Below, piece after piece: positions 28,970-38,635 of a stretch of 64,000 nucleotides of DNA. A program made the position numbers and the translations under genes. The notes beneath the pieces are model-generated. The model was given only the letters and a program-made list of their open reading frames with translations, did not search any database and had not been told where the DNA came from. This stretch comes from Anaerolineales bacterium (GTDB lineage: Bacteria > Chloroflexota > Anaerolineae > Anaerolineales > UBA11858): the NCBI GenBank assembly GCA_024763275.1, contig JANTFT010000003.1:43669-107668 (forward strand), given 5' to 3'. The first letter of the stretch is position 1. The number at the start of each line of letters is the position of its first letter.

Positions 28970-29092
28970 AAACCTTCGGGGCAGGGTGAGCGCAAGCAAT
29001 TCCCAATCGGCGGTAAAGCCCGCGAGCGCCAGAGATGGCGCAGGATCCGGTGAAACTCCGGGGCCGACGGTATAGTCCGGATAGGAGAAGGT
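28970..29092 (+). ncRNA. FMN riboswitch (RFN element)
   Basis: CTTCGGGGCAGGGTGA...ATTCCC..CGGCGGTAAAGCCCGCGAGC...CCGGTGAAACTCCGGGGCCGACGGTATAGTCCGGATAGGAGAAG matches the RFN consensus. Confidence 0.96.
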
Positions 29093-29188
29093 CATACGGG
29101 TTCCTCTGAACCTGCCTGAGTATCTGACAGCCCCGAAAGCAGACCTGCTTTCGGGATGTTGATTCAGGGAGTCTGCTCCTATCAACTG

Positions 29189-29216
29189 CCCCGCCAATTG
29201 TGGCGGTTTTGTTTTT
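29189..29216 (+). terminator. Probable expression-platform terminator of the FMN riboswitch
   Basis: CCGCCA-attg-TGGCGG followed by TTTTGTTTTT upstream of the permease start. Confidence 0.6.
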
Positions 29217-29231
29217 ACGGGAGCTGTTTTT

Positions 29232-30008
29232 ATGAGGAGCTTGCAGGAGAACATCCGCAAAAGCGCTTTTCTGGTCTTATCTGTTCTGGGAGGCTTGCTG
29301 CTCTGGCAGGGATTTACCGCTTTCAGCAATATCCCTTCCTTTATCTTTCCCAAACCGGTGGAAGTGTGGGCCAGGCTGCTGCTTGTTCTCCGGGATGGCT
29401 CCCTGCTGTTCCACACTCTGGTCACCCTGCAGGAAGTGGTCTACGGGCTGGCGCTGGGATTGACAGCGGCCATCATTACCGGTTATTTCCTGGCAAAATC
29501 CAGGCTGGTGGAGCGTTTACTGGCTCCTTACATCGTTGCCAGCCAGTCGATTCCCATTGTGGCAATCGCGCCTTTGCTGATCATCTGGCTGGGTCCCGGT
29601 ATTCTCTCAAAGATCCTCACCAGCGCCCTGATAGTCTTTTTCCCTGTGCTGGTCAATACCGTCGTCGGCCTGCGTTCGGTCCCCGAAGAATTATATGATC
29701 TGCTGCGATCCCTGCACGCCAGTACCTGGCAGCGCATTACTATGCTGGAAATCCCGGCTGCCATGCCGGTTTTCTTGGGAGGTCTGCGGATCGGGGCTAC
29801 CCTGGCGGTGATCGGGGCTGTGGTAGGGGAGTTTGTGGGCGCAGATCAGGGGCTGGGTTTTCTGATCAACGTTGGACGCGGTTTATACGATACCGCCCTG
29901 GTCTTTGTGGCGGTCTTCACACTGGTGATTCTGGCGCTGGCCCTGTACGGAATCGTTATCTATCTGGAAAATCATTTATTGTCCTGGCAGAAAAGGAATG
30001 GGAATTGA
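29232..30008 (+). CDS. ABC transporter permease (RibX-like riboflavin transporter)
   Basis: SsuC/TauC-type permease directly downstream of the FMN riboswitch. Confidence 0.85.
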   Translation: MRSLQENIRKSAFLVLSVLGGLLLWQGFTAFSNIPSFIFPKPVEVWARLLLVLRDGSLLFHTLVTLQEVVYGLALGLTAAIITGYFLAKSRLVERLLAPYIVASQSIPIVAIAPLLIIWLGPGILSKILTSALIVFFPVLVNTVVGLRSVPEELYDLLRSLHASTWQRITMLEIPAAMPVFLGGLRIGATLAVIGAVVGEFVGADQGLGFLINVGRGLYDTALVFVAVFTLVILALALYGIVIYLENHLLSWQKRNGN

Positions 30009-30031
30009 GTTGTAAGAGGAGAAGCATAGAG

Positions 30032-31015
30032 ATGAAGAACGGAAAAATGATCCTGGTCCTGGCGATTATACTGCTGGCAGCCTCCTGCTCTCCCGGGCAG
30101 GGACCTGAGCCGACCCCCGGCGAACTGACCCATATCAGGCTGCCGATGGGGTATATCCCTAATGTGCAGTATGCGCCTTTTTATGCGGCAGTGGAAGAAG
30201 GCTTCTACGCTGAAGAGGGCTTGGAGATCGACTTCGATTATTCCTTTGAGACCGACGGAGTGGCGCTGGTAGGAGCCAATGAGCTGCAGTTCTCCCTGGT
30301 CTCAGGAGAGCAGGTGCCGATTGCCCGGGCCGAAGGCATTCCCATTGTCTACGTGATGGCCTGGTATAAGGAATATCCTGTTGCCGTGATCGCTAAATCC
30401 GAGCAGAATCTGAAAGAACCTCAGGACCTGGCTGGCAAGCGGGTTGGGCTGCCAGGACTGTTTGGAGCCAATTATGTTGGGCTGCGGGCTTTGATGGAAT
30501 ACGCCGGTTTGGAAGAAAAAGACCTGACATTGGAGTCCGTTGGATTCAATCAGGTAGAAGTGCTGGCAACAGATACCAGTGAGGTGATCGTTGGCTATAT
30601 TACCAATGAACCGGTTCAGCTGGCTGCCATGGGTTATGACCTGAACATCATCCGGGTATCTGATTACCTGGATCTGGTTTCCAATGGATTGATTACCAAT
30701 CAAACCACTATCGATGAAAACCCAGACCTGATACGCAGAATGGTGCGGGCAACCCTGCGGGGCATCCAATTCACTGTAGAGCATCCCCGGGAAGCCTTCC
30801 AGTACTGCTTCAAATATGTGGATGGCCTGGAAGACGCTGACCAGGATGTGCAGATGCAGGTCCTGGAATCCTCTGTGGCTCTTTACCAGACCAACCCTTA
30901 CGGTTACAGCCATCCCGAGGCCTGGGAAAACATGCAGGCAGTCCTGCTGGAAATGGGATTGATGAAAAGTCCCATCAACCTGGAAGAAGCATACACCAAT
31001 GAATTCATCCGCTGA
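30032..31015 (+). CDS. ABC substrate-binding lipoprotein, NMT1/THI5 type (RibY-like)
   Basis: Lipobox AASC; GYIPNVQYAPFY, GLPGLFGANYVG; FMN riboswitch context. Confidence 0.85.
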   Translation: MKNGKMILVLAIILLAASCSPGQGPEPTPGELTHIRLPMGYIPNVQYAPFYAAVEEGFYAEEGLEIDFDYSFETDGVALVGANELQFSLVSGEQVPIARAEGIPIVYVMAWYKEYPVAVIAKSEQNLKEPQDLAGKRVGLPGLFGANYVGLRALMEYAGLEEKDLTLESVGFNQVEVLATDTSEVIVGYITNEPVQLAAMGYDLNIIRVSDYLDLVSNGLITNQTTIDENPDLIRRMVRATLRGIQFTVEHPREAFQYCFKYVDGLEDADQDVQMQVLESSVALYQTNPYGYSHPEAWENMQAVLLEMGLMKSPINLEEAYTNEFIR

Positions 31016-31766
31016 TCCCCTGCTGGTAGTAAAGGATCTGGAAGTGACCTTCACAGACCAGAATGGGTCACTTCAAGCTTTGAACCAGATCAATTTCTCG
31101 ATCGAACGCGAGCAGTTTGTCTGTGTGGTCGGTCCATCCGGCAGCGGTAAGAGCACTCTGGTCCGGGTGCTGGCCGGGCTGTTGAAACCTACCAGCGGGT
31201 CGGTAGTGCTGGATGGCGTGCCGGTCAAGGAACCCCGCCTAGGCGTAGGCATTGTTTTCCAGAAGGCCAATCTGATGCCCTGGAGGACGGTGCTGGGAAA
31301 TATCACCCTGCCTCTGGAGATCTCCCACACCCCTGCCGGAGAGGCGGACAGGCAGGCCAGGGAGCTGATTGGCCTGGTAGGACTGACCGGTTTTGAGGAT
31401 TGGCTTCCCCGGGATCTTTCCGGGGGGATGACCCAGCGGGTGGCCATTGCCAGGAGCTTGATCCAGGACCCGGATCTGCTGCTGCTGGATGAACCCTTCG
31501 GGGCTCTGGACGCTCTAACGCGGGAGAAAATGGGCGCTGAACTGCTCCGCATCTGGCGGGCCCGGAAAAAGACAGTTATCATGATCACCCATGACATCTG
31601 GGAAGCTGTATTCCTGGCTGACCGGGTGCTGGCGATCTCCCCCCAACCCGGAAATATCAGGTTGGACCTGCCCATCCCTCTGGAACGGCCCCGCCGGGAG
31701 GAAGATCGTTTTTCAACCGATTTTGTGAAGCTGACCAAGCGCCTCCGGGAAGCGATTAAGGGATAG
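30999..31766 (+). CDS. ABC transporter ATP-binding protein
   Basis: GPSGSGKS, LSGGM, LLLDEPFGALD. Confidence 0.92.
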   Translation: MNSSADPLLVVKDLEVTFTDQNGSLQALNQINFSIEREQFVCVVGPSGSGKSTLVRVLAGLLKPTSGSVVLDGVPVKEPRLGVGIVFQKANLMPWRTVLGNITLPLEISHTPAGEADRQARELIGLVGLTGFEDWLPRDLSGGMTQRVAIARSLIQDPDLLLLDEPFGALDALTREKMGAELLRIWRARKKTVIMITHDIWEAVFLADRVLAISPQPGNIRLDLPIPLERPRREEDRFSTDFVKLTKRLREAIKG

Positions 31767-31871
31767 CTGCGCATCAAATAAAGAGGACAGTGATAATTCC
31801 ACTTTTTTTCAGATTGCGTGTTAAGATAGAGAGGAGATTTTTGGTAGAAGATTTACAAATTGGAGAATTAC

Positions 31872-32405
31872 ATGTCTGAATATCAAGAAATGGAACCCAC
31901 CTCCCGGAAGAGAACGCCCCTGAAGTTTATCGTGGGCGGACTGGTGATCGTTGCGGGGATCATTTTTCTAATAGCTTCTTCCCTGAAATCGACTGCGCAG
32001 TATTTTCTGACTGTGGATGAAGCGCTTGCCAAATCCCAGGTCGGAGAACTGGAAGGCAGGAATATCCGAGTCTCCGGCGCCGTGCTGGGGGACAGCATCG
32101 AGTACGATATTGACAATCTGGAATTGAGCTTTACCATTGCTCAGGTCCCGGCTGACAATCAGCTTCTGGCAGAGGAAGGGGGTCTGGCTCAAGCTCTCCA
32201 CAACGCCGTGACAGACCAGAACCGATCTCATTTGAAAGTCATTTACCATGGCCCCATTCCGGATCTGCTCAAGGATGAGGCTCAGGCAATTCTGACCGGC
32301 GAAATGCTGCCTTCCGGGGAATTTCTGGCGGATGAGATCCTGCTTAAATGCCCGACCAAGTATGAAGGGGCGGTTCCCGAACAAATCGATTTAGAGCAGG
32401 AATGA
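31872..32405 (+). CDS. ccmE: Cytochrome c maturation heme chaperone CcmE (Cys variant)
   Basis: N-terminal TM; YFLTVDE, IPDLLKD; C-terminal KCPTKY (CxxxY). Confidence 0.88.
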   Translation: MSEYQEMEPTSRKRTPLKFIVGGLVIVAGIIFLIASSLKSTAQYFLTVDEALAKSQVGELEGRNIRVSGAVLGDSIEYDIDNLELSFTIAQVPADNQLLAEEGGLAQALHNAVTDQNRSHLKVIYHGPIPDLLKDEAQAILTGEMLPSGEFLADEILLKCPTKYEGAVPEQIDLEQE

Positions 32406-32428
32406 CATTTCTGGAGGGGAGTTAAGCA

Positions 32429-34450
32429 ATGGTTGCTGAAATCGGCTTTGGCGCTATATTCATCACTTTAATATTTACACTATATGGGATCGGAGCGGCA
32501 ATTTACGGGGATAGGACCAAGTCCCAGCGCTGGATTCTGAGCGCCCACCAGGTATTGAAACTGGTTTTTCCCGTAATGACCATATCTGTCGGATCCCTGC
32601 TCTATCTGCTGGCAACCGACCACTTTGAGGTGGTCTATGTTGCCGATGTTTCCTCCCGGAGCATGCCCCTTTACCTCAAGCTGACCGCCCTGTGGGGCGG
32701 CCAGGCAGGATCTCTCCTGTTTTGGTCCTGGCTCTTGGCCGGCTTCAGTTCAGCGGTCGCCTTCCGGAAATGGGATCGGGACCGGGATCTGCTGCCCTGG
32801 GTAATTGTGGTCAATCTGGTTACCCTGGCTTTTTTCCTGGTGCTTAATGTCTTTTATGAGAACCCTTTTACCCGCTACTGGCAGGACGCCAGTGGGATTC
32901 TGGTTTCCTTCAGCCGGCCTGAGGGAGCGATTTCGGTTTTCCCCCGGGATGGTGGGGGATTGAATCCGCTGCTCCGCCATCCGGGCATGATCATCCATCC
33001 CCCTATGCAGTATCTGGGGTTTGCGGGCTTTATAATCCCCTTTTCATTTGCAATGGCGTCGCTGATCAAGAAAAGGTCAGATGACCGCTGGATCAGACTT
33101 TCTCGGGGTTGGACGCTGTGGGCCTGGATGTTCCTGTCGTTAGGGCTGGTGCTGGGCGCGCGCTGGGCATATGATGTGCTGGGTTGGGGCGGCTACTGGG
33201 GCTGGGATCCGGTTGAGATATCCGCCTTGATGCCCTGGCTGACAGGTACGGCCTACCTGCACGCTGTGCTCATTCAAGAGAAGCGGAACATGTTCAAAGA
33301 TTGGTCCCTGGTGCTGATCATCCTGACCTATTTACTGGTCATCTACGGCACATTTATCACCCGTTCCGGCTTGCTTTCCTCCGTTCATTCCTTTGCTCAG
33401 AGCCGGATCGGCCCCATTTTTCTGGTTTTTCTGACGCTGACGATCCTGGTTTCGGCCTGGCTGCTGAGTTCCCGCTGGAAGATCTTGAGAGCAGACCATG
33501 TGCTGGAGCAGGTTTTATCCCGGGAAGGTTTGATCATCATCGGCGTGGTGCTTTTCCTGGGGATGCTGGTGGCTTCTTTCTGGGGTGTGCTTTTCCCGAT
33601 CCTTTCTGAGCTGGTGACCGGCCAGAAAGTCACTGTCGGGCCGCCCTTTTACGAGCGGGTGGCAGCTCCTATTATGGGTGGATTGCTGATTCTGATGGTG
33701 CTCTGCCCTCTGGCGGTCTGGAGCATTGTGTCTTACAAGCACCTCGGTCGCTTGCTCTGGAAGCCTTTCCTGGTATCGTTGGCAGGGATTGCTCTCCCCC
33801 TATGGGGTGGCTATAACCGCTGGCCAGCTGTAATAGCTTTCTGGCTGGTGGCCTTTGTGCTGGCTGTGAATTTCTTTGAGATCATCAGGCGCACCAGGGT
33901 GAGGAGAAAAACAGAAGCCGAAAGCTGGGGAACGGCGCTGCTCCATGTGCTGAAGCGTAATCAGCGTTCTTACAGCGCAATGATCGTTCATATAGGTGTG
34001 GTCTTGATGGCCCTGGGAATTATCGGGATCGAATTCTTCCAAACAGAAACCCAGGCAACCCTTGCAGAGGGACAGCAGCTGTCCCTGGGATCCTACACAA
34101 TGACCTATGAGGACCTGGCTGTATTTGACGCGCCGGATGCCAGGAACGTGGCCCGGGCTGTGGTTTCAGTTGAGCGAGATGGACGGGTATTGGGAGAGCT
34201 CTACCCCAGGCGTGACTTTTACTATGACTCCGGACAGCCGGTTACCATCCCGGGAGTGCGCAGTACCCTGCTGGACGATTTTTATGTCATCCTGGTAGAC
34301 TGGAAGGCAGTTACCTCTGAAGGAGCCACATTTAAGGTCTACCACAACCCGCTGGTGAAATGGCTCTGGGTCGGCTCCTTAGTATTCATCGCCGGGGTGG
34401 TGTTCGCTACCTGGCCGGGAAAGAAGACCAACCCCCGGCAGGAAAGGTGA
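32429..34450 (+). CDS. ccmF: Heme lyase CcmF
   Basis: WGGQAGSLLFW, IHPP, WGGYWGWDPVE, SVHSF. Confidence 0.95.
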   Translation: MVAEIGFGAIFITLIFTLYGIGAAIYGDRTKSQRWILSAHQVLKLVFPVMTISVGSLLYLLATDHFEVVYVADVSSRSMPLYLKLTALWGGQAGSLLFWSWLLAGFSSAVAFRKWDRDRDLLPWVIVVNLVTLAFFLVLNVFYENPFTRYWQDASGILVSFSRPEGAISVFPRDGGGLNPLLRHPGMIIHPPMQYLGFAGFIIPFSFAMASLIKKRSDDRWIRLSRGWTLWAWMFLSLGLVLGARWAYDVLGWGGYWGWDPVEISALMPWLTGTAYLHAVLIQEKRNMFKDWSLVLIILTYLLVIYGTFITRSGLLSSVHSFAQSRIGPIFLVFLTLTILVSAWLLSSRWKILRADHVLEQVLSREGLIIIGVVLFLGMLVASFWGVLFPILSELVTGQKVTVGPPFYERVAAPIMGGLLILMVLCPLAVWSIVSYKHLGRLLWKPFLVSLAGIALPLWGGYNRWPAVIAFWLVAFVLAVNFFEIIRRTRVRRKTEAESWGTALLHVLKRNQRSYSAMIVHIGVVLMALGIIGIEFFQTETQATLAEGQQLSLGSYTMTYEDLAVFDAPDARNVARAVVSVERDGRVLGELYPRRDFYYDSGQPVTIPGVRSTLLDDFYVILVDWKAVTSEGATFKVYHNPLVKWLWVGSLVFIAGVVFATWPGKKTNPRQER

Positions 34451-34452
34451 TT

Positions 34453-34968
34453 ATGAAGGGAAAATACAGATATTTGCTGGGTATCCTCAGTTTGATCCTG
34501 CTGCTGGTTGTGCTGACCGTCCCCGCTTTGGCTCAGGGATCGGATCCAACTGACGATGAGGTCAACGCCATCGCCCGCCAGCTCTACTGCCCGGTTTGTG
34601 AGAATATTCCCCTGGATACCTGCGGTACCGCTGCCTGCGAGCAGTGGCGCGGTATCATCCGGGAAAAACTGGCGGAAGGTTGGACCGAGGATCAGATTAA
34701 GACCTATTTTGTAGAACAGTATGGGGACCGGGTGCTGGCAGAGCCACCCCGCAGAGGTTTCAACTGGCTGGCGTATGTGGTACCGATGCTGGCCCTGGCA
34801 GCTGGAGTAGCCCTGCTGGTGATTGGTTTCCGGAAGTGGCGGGAGCAAGCCCGGGTCCAGGAAACCACCCGGCGTTCCGGGGAGGATCGACCGGCAGCCG
34901 AACCCACAGATGAGTATCTCAAGAAGGTTGAAGAAGAGCTGAAGGCGCGTTCGGAGGGGCAGAAATGA
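34453..34968 (+). CDS. ccmH: Cytochrome c biogenesis protein CcmH
   Basis: LYCPVCEN, YFVEQYGDRVLAEP; signal peptide and C-terminal TM. Confidence 0.88.
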   Translation: MKGKYRYLLGILSLILLLVVLTVPALAQGSDPTDDEVNAIARQLYCPVCENIPLDTCGTAACEQWRGIIREKLAEGWTEDQIKTYFVEQYGDRVLAEPPRRGFNWLAYVVPMLALAAGVALLVIGFRKWREQARVQETTRRSGEDRPAAEPTDEYLKKVEEELKARSEGQK

Positions 34969-35474
34969 AGAAGATCTTGCTCTGGGGAGGTTTGCTGCTT
35001 CTACTGGCCGTGCTAGCGTTTGGGCTTTTCCGCTCCCAGCAGGGGCAGGTGAATGTGGGAGAACTGGCGCCGGAATTCACGCTGGAATCGTTTTCGGGGG
35101 AAACCTACCGGCTCCCCGATTTGCGGGGTAAAGTGGTGGTAGTCAATTTCTGGGCTTCCTGGTGTGAATCCTGCAAGCCGGAAGCCAGGGATCTGGAAGC
35201 TGCTTACCAGTATTACCTACCCACCGGCGAAGTGCTGTTCCTCGGTGTGGATTACGTGGACACGGAACCGGAAGCGTTAGCCTACCTGGAGGAATTTCAG
35301 GTTACCTACCCGAATGGACCGGATTTGAGGACAGAGATCTCCCAGGCTTTCCGGATCAGGGGTGTGCCGGAAACCTTTGTGATCGACAAGAGCGGCCGGA
35401 TCGCTCATCTGCAAATTGGACCTTTCAGCTCGTTTGAGGAGATTCTGGGAATTATCGATCCGCTGCTGGATTAG
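34965..35474 (+). CDS. TlpA/CcmG thiol-disulfide oxidoreductase
   Basis: VNFWASWCESC, GVPETF. Confidence 0.88.
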   Translation: MKKILLWGGLLLLLAVLAFGLFRSQQGQVNVGELAPEFTLESFSGETYRLPDLRGKVVVVNFWASWCESCKPEARDLEAAYQYYLPTGEVLFLGVDYVDTEPEALAYLEEFQVTYPNGPDLRTEISQAFRIRGVPETFVIDKSGRIAHLQIGPFSSFEEILGIIDPLLD

Positions 35475-35494
35475 CGGATCAGGGAAGAGGAAAT

Positions 35495-35950
35495 ATGACA
35501 TTTGCTTCGTTGATTGTTGTACTGTTTATTTTCCTGCTGGTGGGCCTGCTGGTTATGCGGCCCTTTCTGGAGGATGCTACGCCTTCAGTGGCTTCAGCTT
35601 CAGGCCGCTTCAATTCCCTGGTGGCTGAAAAGGAACGTCTGTACAGAGCTATTGAGGAGCTGGATTTGAATCTTGAGCTCCATAAAATTTCCGAGGAAGA
35701 CTATGACCGCCGCAGGCAGCAGCTGCTGGTGAATGCAGCAGCCGTCCTGGAAAAGCTGGACGGGCATCCCTCCAGTCACGGCAAAGCCCGCAACACAAGC
35801 CGGCCGCAGGCCGGAGACGATGATTTGGAGCGTTTAATTGCTGAACGCCGGAAGGCTCTTCAAGCTGACCGAGGAGAATTCTGTCCCAAATGCGGAGCAG
35901 CGGTCTCAGGAGAGGATCAATTTTGCAGCAATTGTGGAGCGAAGCTATGA
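35495..35950 (+). CDS. Membrane-anchored CcmI-N-like protein with C-terminal zinc ribbon
   Basis: N-terminal TM; AIEELDL...KISEEDY; CPKC...FCSNCG. Confidence 0.75.
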   Translation: MTFASLIVVLFIFLLVGLLVMRPFLEDATPSVASASGRFNSLVAEKERLYRAIEELDLNLELHKISEEDYDRRRQQLLVNAAAVLEKLDGHPSSHGKARNTSRPQAGDDDLERLIAERRKALQADRGEFCPKCGAAVSGEDQFCSNCGAKL

Positions 35951-37260
35951 TGCGCCGGAACGGAAAAACATTGGCATGGCTGGGATTTATGATTGGACTT
36001 GGCCTGGCGTTGAGCAGCTGCCGGGGGTTGGCGGCTGATATCACTCCTCCTCCCGATCAATCCCAGCCCGCAGTACCTACTTCAGCTCCCCCAACCGCTG
36101 CTGTTCCAACCGCTCAAACCCGGGAAGAGAGCAGCCCTCTACCAACGGTTGAGCTGGACGCGGGTTCTGTCGCCGTGGAAATCCAGGATCAAACCGGGGG
36201 CTCCCTGCTCGAGAAAGGGTTGGAAGTCACCCTGGAAGGATATGATCAATACGACCTGGCTTACCAGGACCAGCTGACTGTACCGGCGGCTGGTCGGGTG
36301 GTCTTTGAAGATGTTCCCTTTCAGCCGGGACGGGTGTTCTTCGCTTCGATCCCCTATGGAGGGGCGATCTACCGCTCGGAATTTGTCCAGGCAGGTGAGG
36401 AGACTGTTTCCCTGAATCTACAGGTGGGGCTATATGAGACTACAACGGACCGGGCAGGTTTGGCGATCGACCGGCTGCATCTGCTGATTGATTTTCCCCA
36501 GCCGGGACTGATCCATGTGGCGGAAATATTCATTCTCTCCAATCTGGGTCCCAATACGATTGTCGCGCCAGAACCTGGCAAAGCCAGTGTGGAATTCTCC
36601 TTGCCGGAAGGTGCTGCTGCCGTCCAGTTTGAGGACGGTGCTGTTGGCCAGCGTTTTCTGCTCACAGAAACGGGTTTTGGAGACACAGTCAGCATCCCTC
36701 CTGGTTCTGGGGTTTATCAGGTGTTGGTCTCATATACATTGCCTTTTCAGAGGGACCGGCTGAATTTCAAGCAGGCCATCGATTATCCCCTCAATGCTGT
36801 GGTGATCATGGTGCCAGCGGGACAAGCCACCATTAAAGGAGATTCGCTGGAGGATATGGGGACGCAGTCCCTGCCCAGTCAGACGGTTCAGATATATTCC
36901 GGGTCTTCCATGGCACCGGGTGATGAGCTGGTTTTTAAGATCTCAGGTACCTCCGCGGATGCCCGGTCAGGATGGAGTTTCCCATCTGACCTGGCCGGGA
37001 CAGTGGCCCTTATCGCAGGAATTCTGGGCACTCTGCTGCTGGGGGGTGGTATCTGGCTCTATATCCGAAACCGGGGCCGGTTGCCAGAAGCCAGGGAGGA
37101 GCATGAGGTGAGCCCTTCCCAGGGTGAGATTCTGGACTCGATCATCGCTCTGGAAGATCTTTACCAGGCCGGGGAGATTTCAAGGAAAGATTATGAAAGA
37201 AAGCGTTCCGAATTGAAGGAACAGCTTGCGGAAGCTGTCAGGATGAGGGATGAGGGATGA
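35947..37260 (+). CDS. Lipoprotein with beta-rich ectodomain, C-terminal TM and short helical (SHOCT-like) tail
   Basis: Lipobox LSSC; Pro/Thr linker; C-terminal TM followed by LEDLYQAGEISRKDY. Confidence 0.7.
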   Translation: MMRRNGKTLAWLGFMIGLGLALSSCRGLAADITPPPDQSQPAVPTSAPPTAAVPTAQTREESSPLPTVELDAGSVAVEIQDQTGGSLLEKGLEVTLEGYDQYDLAYQDQLTVPAAGRVVFEDVPFQPGRVFFASIPYGGAIYRSEFVQAGEETVSLNLQVGLYETTTDRAGLAIDRLHLLIDFPQPGLIHVAEIFILSNLGPNTIVAPEPGKASVEFSLPEGAAAVQFEDGAVGQRFLLTETGFGDTVSIPPGSGVYQVLVSYTLPFQRDRLNFKQAIDYPLNAVVIMVPAGQATIKGDSLEDMGTQSLPSQTVQIYSGSSMAPGDELVFKISGTSADARSGWSFPSDLAGTVALIAGILGTLLLGGGIWLYIRNRGRLPEAREEHEVSPSQGEILDSIIALEDLYQAGEISRKDYERKRSELKEQLAEAVRMRDEG

Positions 37261-37961
37261 TCCAGGTCAAAAAGCTGGTCAAGCGTTTTGGCCCGTTAAC
37301 CGTGCTCCGGGAGCTGGATTTCAAGGTCAGCCCCGGTGAGTTCGTAGCCCTGCTGGGGCCGAACGGGGCTGGCAAGACCACCTTACTGCGCATCCTGGCA
37401 ACCCTTTCCCGTCCCACTTCGGGGCTGGTAAGGGTTGCTTCCTTCCAGCTTCCCCAGGCTGGGCCAGAGCTGCGGGCCCATCTGGGAGTTGTATCCCATC
37501 AGCCGCTGCTTTATGGGGACCTGACAGCGGAAGAGAACCTGATCTTTTTTGGGAAATTATTCTCTATCCGTCGGAAAAGGATCCAGGAAGTTCTTGAGCT
37601 GGTTGGCCTGGCAGAACGAAGCCAGGATCTGGTGCGGATCTATTCGCGGGGCATGCAGCAGCGGCTGGCTATCGGCCGGGCGATTCTGCATAATCCCCGC
37701 ATCCTGCTGCTCGACGAACCCCATACTGGGCTCGACCAGGAAGCAGGCGAGATCCTGGATCGGGTGCTGAAGGATGTTGCCTTGGAAGGTCGGACGGTGG
37801 TGATGACTTCCCATGATCTGGTCCGGGCTGCTAATCTGGCCTCCCGGGTGGATTTACTCTCCCGGGGAAAGATCGCCGCCAGCACTCCCGCTAGGGATCT
37901 GAGTTCCAGCGACCTGGTGGATTTTTACCGCACAGCTCTACGGGGAGGGGAGAGGGCATGA
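37257..37961 (+). CDS. ccmA: Heme exporter ATP-binding protein
   Basis: GPNGAGKT, YSRGMQQR, LLDEP; ccm context. Confidence 0.9.
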   Translation: MIQVKKLVKRFGPLTVLRELDFKVSPGEFVALLGPNGAGKTTLLRILATLSRPTSGLVRVASFQLPQAGPELRAHLGVVSHQPLLYGDLTAEENLIFFGKLFSIRRKRIQEVLELVGLAERSQDLVRIYSRGMQQRLAIGRAILHNPRILLLDEPHTGLDQEAGEILDRVLKDVALEGRTVVMTSHDLVRAANLASRVDLLSRGKIAASTPARDLSSSDLVDFYRTALRGGERA

Positions 37962-38632
37962 AAAACTATCTCCGCGCTGTTGGGGCTGTGATCTGGAAAG
38001 ATTTTCGCTCCGAATGGAGGAGCCGGGAAAGTCTCTCCGCCATGCTCGTTTTTGCCCTGCTGGTGATCCTGATCTTTAACTTTGCCCTGGAACTTGATAT
38101 CGAAGCCAGAACTTCCCTCTCAGCAGGCGTGCTGTGGACCACTTTTATTTTCGCCGGCACGATTGGCCTGAACCGCTCCCTGGCGGTAGAAAAGGACCGC
38201 GGCTGCCTGGACGGGCTGCTGCTGGCTCCGGTAGACCGGACGGTGATCTACTTTGGAAAGGCCGTGGGCAATCTGCTGTTCATGCTGGTCGTGGAAGCCA
38301 TCGTTCTGCCTGTATTCACCTTCCTGTATGGATTCAATGTCTTTCAGCCGGGTTTCCTGGTTGTGGTGCTGCTCGGCTCAGTGGGCTATACGGCAGTGGG
38401 AACCCTGCTGGCTACCATGGTGGTGCAGGCCAGAACCCGGGATATTCTGCTTCCCATCCTGCTTTTCCCGCTCACTTTACCGGTGGTGATCGCCGCAGTG
38501 AAAGCCAGCCAGGGCTTCTTTCAAGGTTTGCCCCTGGAGGAATTTTCCGTCTGGCTGAACATTCTGGTTGGTTACGACCTGATTTTTATCGCCGTTGCTT
38601 TTATGGTATTCGATTATGTTCTGGAGGATTGA
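37958..38632 (+). CDS. ccmB: Heme exporter permease
   Basis: EKDRGCLDGLLLAP, LLPILLFPLTLPV. Confidence 0.9.
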   Translation: MKNYLRAVGAVIWKDFRSEWRSRESLSAMLVFALLVILIFNFALELDIEARTSLSAGVLWTTFIFAGTIGLNRSLAVEKDRGCLDGLLLAPVDRTVIYFGKAVGNLLFMLVVEAIVLPVFTFLYGFNVFQPGFLVVVLLGSVGYTAVGTLLATMVVQARTRDILLPILLFPLTLPVVIAAVKASQGFFQGLPLEEFSVWLNILVGYDLIFIAVAFMVFDYVLED

Positions 38633-38635
38633 TCT

